Below the pieces are notes generated by a model that saw nothing but the letters and a program-made list of their open reading frames with translations, searched no databases and was not told the DNA's origin. Shown piece after piece: positions 9,701 through 18,227 of a stretch of DNA of 64,000 nucleotides. Each line of letters begins with the position of its first letter. Position 1 is the stretch's first letter. The stretch lies in NCBI GenBank assembly GCA_944358115.1, contig CALVQH010000001.1:5263-69262 (forward strand), written 5' to 3'. The translations under genes and the position numbers were made by a program. This DNA is from an uncultured Bacilli bacterium. GTDB lineage: Bacteria; Bacillota_I; Bacilli_A; RF39; UBA660.

Positions 9701-10007
9701 TTTTTATCACTCCTTTAAAATTGCTTTTTTAATGATATACTTTCTCCTAAAAAATAGATAAATAATTATGTTTATTTACAATTTCTATAAGGCAATATTC
9801 TTTTTTCCTTACAAATAATATTATACCTTAAATAAAGAAAGAACACAATGAAAAGGTATTCCTTATCATTACTGTTATGCTATTAGATGTTAAAAAGTAA
9901 GAAAAGAATCAAAAAGGAAAGCTAATTTTCTAGTTTTTGTATAAAAAAATGTAAAGTTTAGGAATATTAGCTAGTTTTATCCTCATATTTAAGATAAACT
10001 ATTAGTA

Positions 10008-10550
10008 GTGATAATTATGAAAACAAAAATAATTAATTATGATCATATAAAAGAAACGGAAATAACGGATCGAGTAATTCGTGTAAAAGCTTTAATGATC
10101 AATAGTAAAAAAGAAATTTTACTTGCTGAAGCATTTAGTACGATTCAGTTTCCTGGTGGCCACTTAGAACAAGGTGAAGAATTAAAAGATGCCCTAAAAA
10201 GAGAAGTCATGGAAGAAACTGGAATTATTTTAAATCAAGAGTATGAACCCTTTTTTGCAATTAAATATTTTTTAAAAGATTATCCCATAAAAGGAAATAA
10301 TCGTAGTATTGAAATCTATTATTTTTACATTTTTACGGATGAACCATATAATTTAGATAATATTCATTTAGATGATCAAGAAAGAAATGGTGATTTTAAA
10401 CTCACTTATGTGAAATTGAAAGATTTTAAAAAATATTTAAAAAATCATCCCGGTAGTTTAAAAATTAATCAAATAGTGAGAAGAGAAATGTTAGAAGCGG
10501 TAAAATATTTAAAAAAGGAAAAGAGAAAATATGGAAACAAAGAAATTTAA
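10008..10550 (+). CDS. NUDIX hydrolase
   Basis: Nudix box GGHLEQGEELKDALKREVMEETGI. Confidence 0.8.
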   Translation: MIIMKTKIINYDHIKETEITDRVIRVKALMINSKKEILLAEAFSTIQFPGGHLEQGEELKDALKREVMEETGIILNQEYEPFFAIKYFLKDYPIKGNNRSIEIYYFYIFTDEPYNLDNIHLDDQERNGDFKLTYVKLKDFKKYLKNHPGSLKINQIVRREMLEAVKYLKKEKRKYGNKEI

Positions 10551-10851
10551 AATGATTGATGAAGCTTTTACTTGTGTAGTATGTAATAAAAAGGTAGAAC
10601 CATTATCTTATACAGCTCGTGATCATTGCCCCAACTGTTTATGTAGTTTACATGTAGATGATTATCCAGGTGATAGATTATGTAATTGTCATGGTGTGCT
10701 GCGACCAATGGAAATAGAAAAAGGGAAAAAGGATACCTTAAAAATTGTTTATCGTTGTGATAAATGTGGAATGATTAAAAAAAATAAAATGGCTCGCGAT
10801 GATAATTATGATTTAGTGATTAAAATCATGAGTCATGATCATGTAAAGTAA
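10531..10851 (+). CDS. RNHCP-domain zinc-ribbon protein
   Basis: RDHCPNC motif and multiple Cys pairs (CxxC). Confidence 0.6.
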   Translation: METKKFKMIDEAFTCVVCNKKVEPLSYTARDHCPNCLCSLHVDDYPGDRLCNCHGVLRPMEIEKGKKDTLKIVYRCDKCGMIKKNKMARDDNYDLVIKIMSHDHVK

Positions 10852-10921
10852 GGAATAAGATAGGGTAGAATAAAAAAATTTTTGGTATAATAGAAAAACA
10901 AAAGAAGAAAGAAGGATAATC

Positions 10922-11806
10922 ATGGCAATTCTTTTAAAGAAAAAATTAGAAGTAATGAATCATTTAAAAAACGAAGTAGAATTCATTGAAAAGTTAAATG
11001 AAAAAAAGCCTCATGTGAAAGTAGGAATCTTGAATTTAATGCCAACCCTAGAAGATACTGAAAGACAATTAATGGTTGCTCTTGATACCAAATTGTTGCA
11101 AGTAGAACTAGACTTTTTATATTTAGATACCAAAATAGTAGAGAAAGAAAAAAAAGAGTATTATAAAAAATATTATCGTTCTTTTAGCGAAATAAAAAAA
11201 GAGGACTATGACGGTATCATTATCACCGGTGCTCCTCTTGAACATATTAATTATCATGATATTGATTATATTGAAGAATTAAAAGAATTCTTTAAATACA
11301 CGAAACAACATGTAAGATCAACTCTTTTTTTATGCTGGGCCTCTCAATTCGGTTTACAATATTTTTATGGTGTCAATCGCTATAATTTACCAGAAAAGTT
11401 ATCAGGGATATATGAACATTATATTGTAAAAGAAACGAATTTAGTAAAAGGTTTAAATGATTATTTTTTAGTACCCCAATCAAGATATTGTAGTGTGATT
11501 GAAAGTGAAATTATGGATCGTAAGGATCTTATATTAACAAGCAAATCCAATGAATCTGGACCTTATATTATTGAAAGTATTGATGGCAGTAAAGTCTTTT
11601 TAACAGGACATGCTGAATATGATTTATACACGCTAGATAAAGAATACAAACGAGATATAAATAAAGGATTAAAAATAGATCCGCCATGTAATTATTATAA
11701 AGAGAATGATCCAAAGAAGGATCCAATCTATTCATGGCATGCAACTTCAACCATTATTTATCATAATTGGTTATATTACTATGTTTACGAAGAAGAAGTA
11801 ATGTGA
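10922..11806 (+). CDS. metA: Homoserine O-acyltransferase (MetA family)
   Basis: VGILNLMP...ETQLM...GAPLEH motifs of the MetA/HTS family. Confidence 0.8.
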   Translation: MAILLKKKLEVMNHLKNEVEFIEKLNEKKPHVKVGILNLMPTLEDTERQLMVALDTKLLQVELDFLYLDTKIVEKEKKEYYKKYYRSFSEIKKEDYDGIIITGAPLEHINYHDIDYIEELKEFFKYTKQHVRSTLFLCWASQFGLQYFYGVNRYNLPEKLSGIYEHYIVKETNLVKGLNDYFLVPQSRYCSVIESEIMDRKDLILTSKSNESGPYIIESIDGSKVFLTGHAEYDLYTLDKEYKRDINKGLKIDPPCNYYKENDPKKDPIYSWHATSTIIYHNWLYYYVYEEEVM

Positions 11807-12102
11807 AGAATTTGCCGAAAAGAAAGTATTTTTCCACATCCAAGTTCAATAGTTTTTGAATTTGGATGTATTTTTTTGATTGTACTTTGAATTTCTCTTA
11901 TTTTTCCTGCTTCATAAAAAGTAAGAACAATAGAATCTTTACTATAATAAGCATCCATAATTTCTTCGCTTAAAAAACTAATTTCTTCAGGAAATAAAGT
12001 TGGTTTTTGGAAAACTTGCTGTTCATCAATTTCTCGAAAAACTTCCTTCGAAGGAATAAGAGATTCGAAAGGCCGCCATTTGACAAAACCACGATCAATC
12101 AT
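11785..12102 (-). CDS. YolD-like protein (UmuD-like accessory of the Y-family polymerase)
   Basis: ~105-aa protein immediately downstream of, and overlapping, the Y-family polymerase gene, as in Bacillus uvrX/yolD and yqjW/yqjX pairs. Confidence 0.45.
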   Translation of the reverse strand: MIDRGFVKWRPFESLIPSKEVFREIDEQQVFQKPTLFPEEISFLSEEIMDAYYSKDSIVLTFYEAGKIREIQSTIKKIHPNSKTIELGCGKILSFRQILHITSSS

Positions 12103-13370
12103 GCACTGTGTCCTCCAATCTTTTTATTTCTTTCATAAATGGTTGAATCTGGAAGTAAACTAGATGCTTTTAAAAGAGCATTTTTTCCATACTTATCTTT
12201 AATTTCTAATATAGCTTGATTAATTTGTTCTTGTTCCTTCACTTTTTCTACTTCATCAAAAATATTTAATTGAACTCCTGTTTTATCTTTAAGTTCACCA
12301 CAAGAAACAGTAACCTTACGAATAGGTAATCCTTCATAAAACTTATCAAAAATCATAAGACAGTTTGCTAAAATAACTTGTTCTACATCAGTTGGATTAT
12401 TAAGCTTGATTTGATGAAAGAACCCACCGCCAACACTTTTAGAATATCCAATTCCAAGTCCAATAACAGAAGTGGTTTTATGGTTTTTATAAAGACGAAT
12501 AGCAATTACTTCAACCATTTCTCGAATAATAATTTTAATATTATCACCATGATAATCTTTAAATAGTACTTGACTATGAGAATAAGATTTATCTTCTACT
12601 TTTCCCATATCTCCAATCCGACTTAAATCAATCCCGTTTGCATGATTCCAAAGCTCTTCGCCAATTACTCCGAATTTTTGTTTTAATTCATGACGATCAA
12701 AATGAGCTAAATCATACATCGAATAAATACCTAGTTTATTGAGATTTGCTTCCATCCTCGGGCCAATTCCCCAAACTCTAGATAGGGGAGAAATGCACCA
12801 TAATTTAGTTGGAATATCATCATAATCCCATTTAGCAATAAAATCTTGATTATGTTTTGCTTCAATATCCATACTAACTTTAGCGAGTAACATATTAGGT
12901 CCAATCCCACAAGTAGCGCATAAGCCAGTAGATTTTTTTACATCTTTTAAAATATCTAAGGCAAGCTCATAATCACTTTTTCCATACATTTTAAGATAGT
13001 CCGTAACATCCAAAAAACATTCATCAATCGAATAAATATGTAAATCTTCTTTTGCAACATATTTTAAATAAACTTCAACAACCTCTCTAGATTTCGCTAA
13101 ATATAGGCTCATTCGTGGTTTTGCAATGGTATATTGAATGTGTTTTGGTATTTGATAAAGTCGTCCTCGAGAGGGAACACCTTTCGTTTTTAGATAAGGA
13201 CTAACAGCTAGAGTAATGGCACCATTACCTTGAGTAGGATTCGCAACCACTAAAGGATAATTAAAAGGATCTAATCCTCTTTCAATACATTCACAACTAG
13301 CAAAAAAACTTTTTAAATCAATACACAAAAAATGTCTGTGTAAATAAACCGTATCCATATGCATCACCAT
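12099..13370 (-). CDS. Y-family DNA polymerase (UmuC/DinB/UvrX-like)
   Basis: LCIDLKSFFASCE catalytic motif (D..FFAS.E). Palm and little-finger regions. Confidence 0.85.
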   Translation of the reverse strand: MVMHMDTVYLHRHFLCIDLKSFFASCECIERGLDPFNYPLVVANPTQGNGAITLAVSPYLKTKGVPSRGRLYQIPKHIQYTIAKPRMSLYLAKSREVVEVYLKYVAKEDLHIYSIDECFLDVTDYLKMYGKSDYELALDILKDVKKSTGLCATCGIGPNMLLAKVSMDIEAKHNQDFIAKWDYDDIPTKLWCISPLSRVWGIGPRMEANLNKLGIYSMYDLAHFDRHELKQKFGVIGEELWNHANGIDLSRIGDMGKVEDKSYSHSQVLFKDYHGDNIKIIIREMVEVIAIRLYKNHKTTSVIGLGIGYSKSVGGGFFHQIKLNNPTDVEQVILANCLMIFDKFYEGLPIRKVTVSCGELKDKTGVQLNIFDEVEKVKEQEQINQAILEIKDKYGKNALLKASSLLPDSTIYERNKKIGGHSA

Positions 13371-13434
13371 AACTTAATTATAAACAAACAATTGTATTAT
13401 ATCAAGCGGTAAATAATGGAAATAAAAAACTAGA

Positions 13435-13890
13435 TTAATTTTTAACCAAATCTAGTTTTATCTCTTCATCGATTTTACCAGTAACAAAATCAGCTGAAAC
13501 ATGAAAGTACTTACAAAAGCCTATAATATAACTCGTAAGAGCAAGATTAATGCCATTTTCATATTTACTAATAGAAGAACGAGTAATATTAAGAATTTTC
13601 GCAAGCTCATCTTGAGTCAAATCATTTTCGCGTCTAATTCTTTTAATTCTTTTAGCAAGTAATTTAGAATCAATTCTTTTACTATTTTCATATTCCCAAA
13701 CTTCAGTAAAACCTAAAACATAATCTAGTGATACATGAAAGATATTACAAAACTTATCTAATTGTCTTAATGGAATTAAATCATTTTCTCTTTCCCACAT
13801 GTTATAACTGTTCCTAGATACTCCTAGAATTTCCGCAACTTCTCTTTGCTTTAAATCAGCATATATTCTTACCTTTTTTAGTCTCATCAT
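13435..13890 (-). CDS. Tandem-HTH XRE-family transcriptional regulator (two HTH_XRE domains)
   Basis: Two repeats of 'L...R...L.Q.ELA..L..S...YS..E.G'. Divergent from paralog 2. Paralogous to 50613-51056 and 59106-59543. Confidence 0.8.
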   Translation of the reverse strand: MMRLKKVRIYADLKQREVAEILGVSRNSYNMWERENDLIPLRQLDKFCNIFHVSLDYVLGFTEVWEYENSKRIDSKLLAKRIKRIRRENDLTQDELAKILNITRSSISKYENGINLALTSYIIGFCKYFHVSADFVTGKIDEEIKLDLVKN

Positions 13891-14083
13891 CTTAAAACTC
13901 TCTTTCTTATGTAATCATTTTTACACAAAATATTAAAACAGAGAACTACACATAGTGATAAGAAATAAAAAGTAAATAAATATAACAAAATATAAAAATA
14001 AAATTACAAAATAATTGACAATCACTCAATAATAATGTATAGTAAAAATATATCATAGAAAAACATAGTAGAAAGAAATTGAA

Positions 14084-14113
14084 AAGTTTTGACAACGTTT
14101 GTCGAATACCATG
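14084..14113. promoter_or_regulatory. Conserved operator-like element upstream of paralog 2
   Basis: AAGTTTTGaCAAcgTTTGTCGAA matches the 3266-3295 element in 21 of 23 positions. A TTGACA-17-TATAGT promoter lies about 70 bp upstream. Confidence 0.5.
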
Positions 14114-14165
14114 TATTATCTATTAAAATGTGATATGATGCCAAAAGGAAAGGAAGAGAAGAAGA

Positions 14166-15380
14166 ATGGAGTTCGAAACTTTAAAACAAAGTCATTTAAA
14201 AAGAAATATTATGATAGGAGTAGTAGCAGTACTAATTATTAGTGCCGTAGTACTAAATTTTACCAGAGCAAAATACCGAGTGACACAATCAATACCTTTA
14301 GTCAATGGTACAATCAATTATAGTTTAGCAGACCTAAATATTGTAGCACTATACATTGATGGAGTAGCAGCTGACGAATTAGATAGTTCTAAAAATTATA
14401 CACTAGATACCGATCAAAGTACATGCACCTACAAAGATGGTAGCACAATTCAAAATTTAACATTAAATTATGATAGTGATACCAAAACATTTACGATTGC
14501 TCCTTATACAACCAAGGGAACAAAGTGTACATTGTATTTTGATGAACAAAAGATACCAGCAGTAGATGTAATAGAAGAAGCTTATAACACTAATCCAAAC
14601 ATGTTAGCATATGATGATTATGGAAATTTAAGATACATAGGAGCAGACCCAAATAATTATGTTTTATTTAATAATGAATTATGGAGGATCATAGGAGTAT
14701 TTAGTGAAGATACACATGGAGTAAGTGGAGAAAAATTAGTAAAAATAATTAGAAGTGAATCAATAGGAAGTATAGAATGGGATAGTGGTAACGTAAATGA
14801 TTGGTCCACAGCCAGTTTACAAACAACATTGAATGGGGATTATTTAAATGGAAGTGGAAGCTATGCTAGTACTGGGATAAAAAGTGATACAGCAAGAAAT
14901 ATGATTGAAACGGTAACATGGAAACTTGGTGGAAGAGCAAGTTATACAAGTTCCAGTAATGGACTAGCAAGTCATTTTTATGGATATGAAAGAGGAACAA
15001 CAGTATATAGTGGAAGACCAACAACATGGAGTGGAAAAGTAGCATTAATGTATCCAAGTGATTATGGATATGCCACAAGTGGAGGTTCAACAACAAATAG
15101 AGAAGCATGCCTAGCCAAAGAGTTGTACAACTGGGATTCGTCAAGTTTTAGCGATTGCAAGAACAATGACTGGCTTTATGATAGCAGTACATATCAATGG
15201 ACACTTACGCCGGGCTCGTCGCGTTCGGACTACGTCTTCCTTGTGGGCAAGCCTGGTTTTGTGGGCCGCAGCAATGCGAGCTACTCGAGCGAGGTCCGTC
15301 CTTCGGTATATCTAACATCGAATGTGAAAATCTCAGGAGGTGATGGAACTAGTAATAGTCCATACACTTTGGAGGTGTGA
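14166..15380 (+). CDS. Signal-anchored surface protein, paralog 2 of the GVRP-domain family
   Basis: N-terminal TM followed by TRAKYRVTQSIPLVNGTINYSLADLNIVA, nearly identical to the 59740 protein. The C-terminus LWRIIGVF...GVRPSVYL...GGDGTSNSPYTLEV is shared. The last ~200 nt are unusually GC-rich. Confidence 0.7.
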   Translation: MEFETLKQSHLKRNIMIGVVAVLIISAVVLNFTRAKYRVTQSIPLVNGTINYSLADLNIVALYIDGVAADELDSSKNYTLDTDQSTCTYKDGSTIQNLTLNYDSDTKTFTIAPYTTKGTKCTLYFDEQKIPAVDVIEEAYNTNPNMLAYDDYGNLRYIGADPNNYVLFNNELWRIIGVFSEDTHGVSGEKLVKIIRSESIGSIEWDSGNVNDWSTASLQTTLNGDYLNGSGSYASTGIKSDTARNMIETVTWKLGGRASYTSSSNGLASHFYGYERGTTVYSGRPTTWSGKVALMYPSDYGYATSGGSTTNREACLAKELYNWDSSSFSDCKNNDWLYDSSTYQWTLTPGSSRSDYVFLVGKPGFVGRSNASYSSEVRPSVYLTSNVKISGGDGTSNSPYTLEV

Positions 15381-15449
15381 TAAGGCTCGCAGGAAGAGGG
15401 AAGTCTTCCCGAGCCGGCGCCACTTATCCACAGGTAGGAAGTAGTAAAA

Positions 15450-15734
15450 GTGGGAATATATAATAGATATTATATTGCTAAGAAAAAACATCAAGAATAT
15501 CTTATTGTGATTATAAGAAAAGGAAAATATGTTTCTTATGGTATTGATGCTCTCATACTAAAACATTTAAAGACAAATGTGAATATAGAGCATCAACTAC
15601 AAGAAAAACATATTAATTATCTAATATTAGATAATTTAGATATTATAAGTAAATATGCTGATGAAAATAATCAGTATAATAAATATTTTTATTTAGAAAC
15701 AATTAGAAAAATATTAAATAAAATTGTAGGGTAA
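15450..15734 (+). CDS. Small ORF with MutS domain-I-like (mismatch-binding) N-terminal signature; possible gene remnant
   Basis: YYIAKKKHQEYLIVIIRKGKYVSYGIDA resembles MutS [28 protein letters not shown]. GTG start, weak RBS. Confidence 0.35.
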   Translation: MGIYNRYYIAKKKHQEYLIVIIRKGKYVSYGIDALILKHLKTNVNIEHQLQEKHINYLILDNLDIISKYADENNQYNKYFYLETIRKILNKIVG

Positions 15735-15751
15735 GTATTAGTAAAAAACCG

Positions 15752-15856
15752 AACTCGTCGAATTCGAACAACGTCTTCAATGTGAACAATACTGGTTATG
15801 TGAACAACAACAACAATGCGAACAACTCGAACGGGGTCCGTCCTAGAGCTTTCTAA
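15752..15856 (+). pseudogene. Degenerate partial copy of the 3' end of the 14166-15380 gene
   Basis: ~75% nt identity to 15214-15320. Translates to SSNSNNVFNVNNTGYVNNNNNANNSNGVRPRAF* versus the gene's SSRSDYVFLVGKPGFVGRSNASYSSEVRPSVYL. Differences are mostly G/C in the gene versus A in the copy. Confidence 0.6.
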
Positions 15857-15997
15857 TAATCGGGATTTTATGGTTAAGACTATAATTTGTGTATGTTAGA
15901 AAACATTACTTATCCTAAGGCTTAGCCTTGAATAACATATATGGATGGAAAGTGATACGTCACTTTCCTAGTACTATATATTAAGAAAAAAATTAAA

Positions 15998-16357
15998 ATG
16001 AAATTTGTAACAATTAGAAAAATGGGTTTATTTTATCAAGTATTTGATGATGATGCTTTCATATTGCATTATTTATTAGATTATAAAGTAATAGATAGGA
16101 AAGCAGGCTTTCCCAATAATGCAATTAATAAAGTAATAAATATTTTGGAAGCAAAAAAAATTAATTATAAGATTATTGGCGAGAATATAACAAAAGATTT
16201 TAAAGATTTAAATAAATATGCTTTTTATTTAGCAAAATCTAAAGACAAAATAGTTGTTCAAAATTTAATTCATAATATTGAATTAAAATTGGAAGAAAAA
16301 GATGAAAGCGAGTTGCTTCAAATATTAGAAGGAATTGAAAAACTGGTGAATGAATAA
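15998..16357 (+). CDS. Small ORF with MutS domain-I-like signature (119 aa)
   Basis: IRKMGLFYQVFDDDAFILHYLL...AGFPNNA...KKINYKIIGEN parallels MutS [15 protein letters not shown]...GVPYHS...KGYKVAICEQ. Confidence 0.4.
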   Translation: MKFVTIRKMGLFYQVFDDDAFILHYLLDYKVIDRKAGFPNNAINKVINILEAKKINYKIIGENITKDFKDLNKYAFYLAKSKDKIVVQNLIHNIELKLEEKDESELLQILEGIEKLVNE

Positions 16358-16461
16358 TGAGTTTCGAATTGTAAAAAATATGAAGCAATTTATTTTATCT
16401 CTAGATTCTTTTTTATCTTATAGGAAAGTACACGAAAAACGTGTATTTTTAAAACTTATTC

Positions 16462-16490
16462 TTGACGAACGTATGTATTTACAGTATAAT
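16462..16490 (+). promoter_or_regulatory. Sigma-70-type promoter for tnpB
   Basis: TTGACG, 17-nt spacer, TATAAT; about 20 nt upstream of the GGGGTGA RBS. Confidence 0.6.
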
Positions 16491-16509
16491 ACTATTATCA
16501 GGGGTGATT

Positions 16510-17652
16510 ATGATTATGAAAATACACAGGGCATATCAATTTCGTTTGTATCCAACAAAAGAACAAGAAGTAATTATTCGTAAAACATTTAGATGTACGA
16601 GATTTGTTTATAATTATTGTTTAGATTTAAAAAAGAAAAATAATTATTTAACTAAGTTTGACTTAATGAAAGAATTACCAAAATTAAAAAAAGAATATCC
16701 CTTTTTAAAAGAAATAGATAGTTGTTCCTTACAAAATGCCATTACAGATTTAATGGTAGGTTTTAGATTGTTTGAAAAAGGCCATGGAGGATATCCTAAG
16801 TTTAAGAAAAAAGGAGTAAAAGAAAGTTTCCGTACTAGTTTTATTACTAGTAGTTATAAAGGTACAATTTATGAAAATATAAAACTAGATTTAAAAAGAA
16901 GAATCATTGAATTACCAAAAATAAAAGAGATTAAAATAAGAGGATATCGTAATTTAGATAAGATTAGTGGAAGAATACTAAATGCCACGATAAGAGAAGT
17001 AGGCACTAGATTTTATGTGTCTGTATGTGTAGAAGAAGAAATCAAGTTACCAGAAAGAAAAAATAATCAAGCAGTAGGAATCGATATAGGAGTAAAGAAC
17101 TTAGTTGTAACAAGTAATAAAGAATATTATGGGAATCCCCGATATTTAGAAAAATATGAAAAAAAGATAAAAAGATTCCAACAAGAATTATCAAGAAAAA
17201 TAAAGGGAAGTAAAAACTATATTAAGTGTAAGAAAAAATTAGAAGAAGTATATCGAAAGCTAAAAAATGCAAGAAAAAAGACAGTAGAAGAAATAGTAGC
17301 CAAAATAATAGCCTTACATGATATTATTATTGCCGAGAATCTCCAAGTAAAGAAAATGTTAGAGCATAAAAATAACCACAAACATTTACGAAAAGAAATC
17401 ACAAATGCTACATTTAGTGAAATCATAAGAGTACTCAAATATAAGTGCAACTGGTTAAATAAGATATTTATTCAAGTAAATCCCTATTATGCAAGTAGTC
17501 AGATTTGTAGTGGATGTGGAAATAAAGAAAGTATTATGAAAGATATAAGAGTAAGAGAATATAAATGTAGTAAATGTGGTTTAGAAATAGAGAGAGATTA
17601 CAATGCAAGTTTGAATATATTAAAAGAAGGATTAAGATGTTACAATAATTAA
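16510..17652 (+). CDS. tnpB: TnpB (IS605 OrfB family RNA-guided endonuclease)
   Basis: N-terminal MKIHRAYQFRLYPTKEQ (OrfB_IS605 N-terminus). RuvC-like core. C-terminal zinc finger CSGCG...CSKCG. RBS GGGGTGA before ATG 16510. Confidence 0.85.
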   Translation: MIMKIHRAYQFRLYPTKEQEVIIRKTFRCTRFVYNYCLDLKKKNNYLTKFDLMKELPKLKKEYPFLKEIDSCSLQNAITDLMVGFRLFEKGHGGYPKFKKKGVKESFRTSFITSSYKGTIYENIKLDLKRRIIELPKIKEIKIRGYRNLDKISGRILNATIREVGTRFYVSVCVEEEIKLPERKNNQAVGIDIGVKNLVVTSNKEYYGNPRYLEKYEKKIKRFQQELSRKIKGSKNYIKCKKKLEEVYRKLKNARKKTVEEIVAKIIALHDIIIAENLQVKKMLEHKNNHKHLRKEITNATFSEIIRVLKYKCNWLNKIFIQVNPYYASSQICSGCGNKESIMKDIRVREYKCSKCGLEIERDYNASLNILKEGLRCYNN

Positions 17653-17770
17653 ATTAAATGAAAATAAAGAAAGAAAGTACGGGAGCAACTCTCGGAGTTT
17701 ATGTCTGTGATGTATTAAAATACAGCAGAAAAAAACGAATCGTGAGGTTCGGCGAATTAACGTAAGTTAA
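17600..17770 (+). ncRNA. Candidate TnpB-associated guide (omega-RNA) / IS right-end region
   Basis: Structured segment spanning the 3' end of tnpB and ~120 nt downstream. Stem-loops such as ctgtgatgtatt-aaa-atacagcag and the near-palindrome ttcggcgaa. By analogy to IS605-family omega-RNAs only. Confidence 0.25.
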
Positions 17771-18199
17771 TTCTTATGTTCTTTAAATAGATTAGACCAT
17801 TATATTATTCACAATTTACATTTAAAGTATTATGTTCGATATATGGATGACTTTTTAATATTTCATCATGACAAATATTATTTGGAAGAATGTCTAATTA
17901 AAATAAAATATCAATTAAATAACATTTATCATTTGAATATTAATGAAAATAAAACAAAGATAATTAATACAAAAGAAGGATTCGTCTTATTAGGTTATTA
18001 TTTTAAAATAAGAAATAAAAAGACAATAATAAAACAAACATGGAATAAAGTACAAAAAAGAATAAAAGATAGTAATGATTTATATAATAAAAAGCAAATA
18101 ACTTTTTCCAAATATTTTTCATCTATTAATAATTATCGCTTTACTTTTAAATATTCTAATAATCATAAAATAACAAAATATATTGAAAGAAATTATTAG
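17771..18199 (+). pseudogene. 5'-truncated reverse transcriptase (retron/group-II/Abi-like RT, C-terminal part only)
   Basis: The frame opens right after a stop at 17768 and reads ...NRLDHYIIHNLHLKYYVRYMDDFLIF (RT motif 5, YxDD), then LNINENKTKI (motif 6) and GFVLLGYYF (motif 7). No fingers/palm motifs 1-4 and no start codon. Confidence 0.65.
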
Positions 18200-18227
18200 A
18201 ATTGATATCATTGTATTGGTGAGTGTT

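Larger units (their letters stand above)
16400..17770 (+). mobile_element. TnpA-less IS200/IS605-family (IS1341-like) element carrying tnpB
   Basis: Subterminal hairpin gtacacg-aaaaa-cgtgtac at ~16425-16445, an internal promoter, and the TnpB ORF. Structured 3' flank. Ends are approximate. The downstream RT ORF is truncated exactly at ~17771. Confidence 0.6.

Noticed and set aside
16350-16583. 77-aa ORF and the upstream extension of the TnpB ORF (16462 start in the ORF track)
   Set aside because: They overlap the TTGACG-17-TATAAT promoter and the left-end hairpin of the IS. The TnpB family N-terminus (MKIHRAYQF) with RBS starts at 16510, so these are read-through artefacts.
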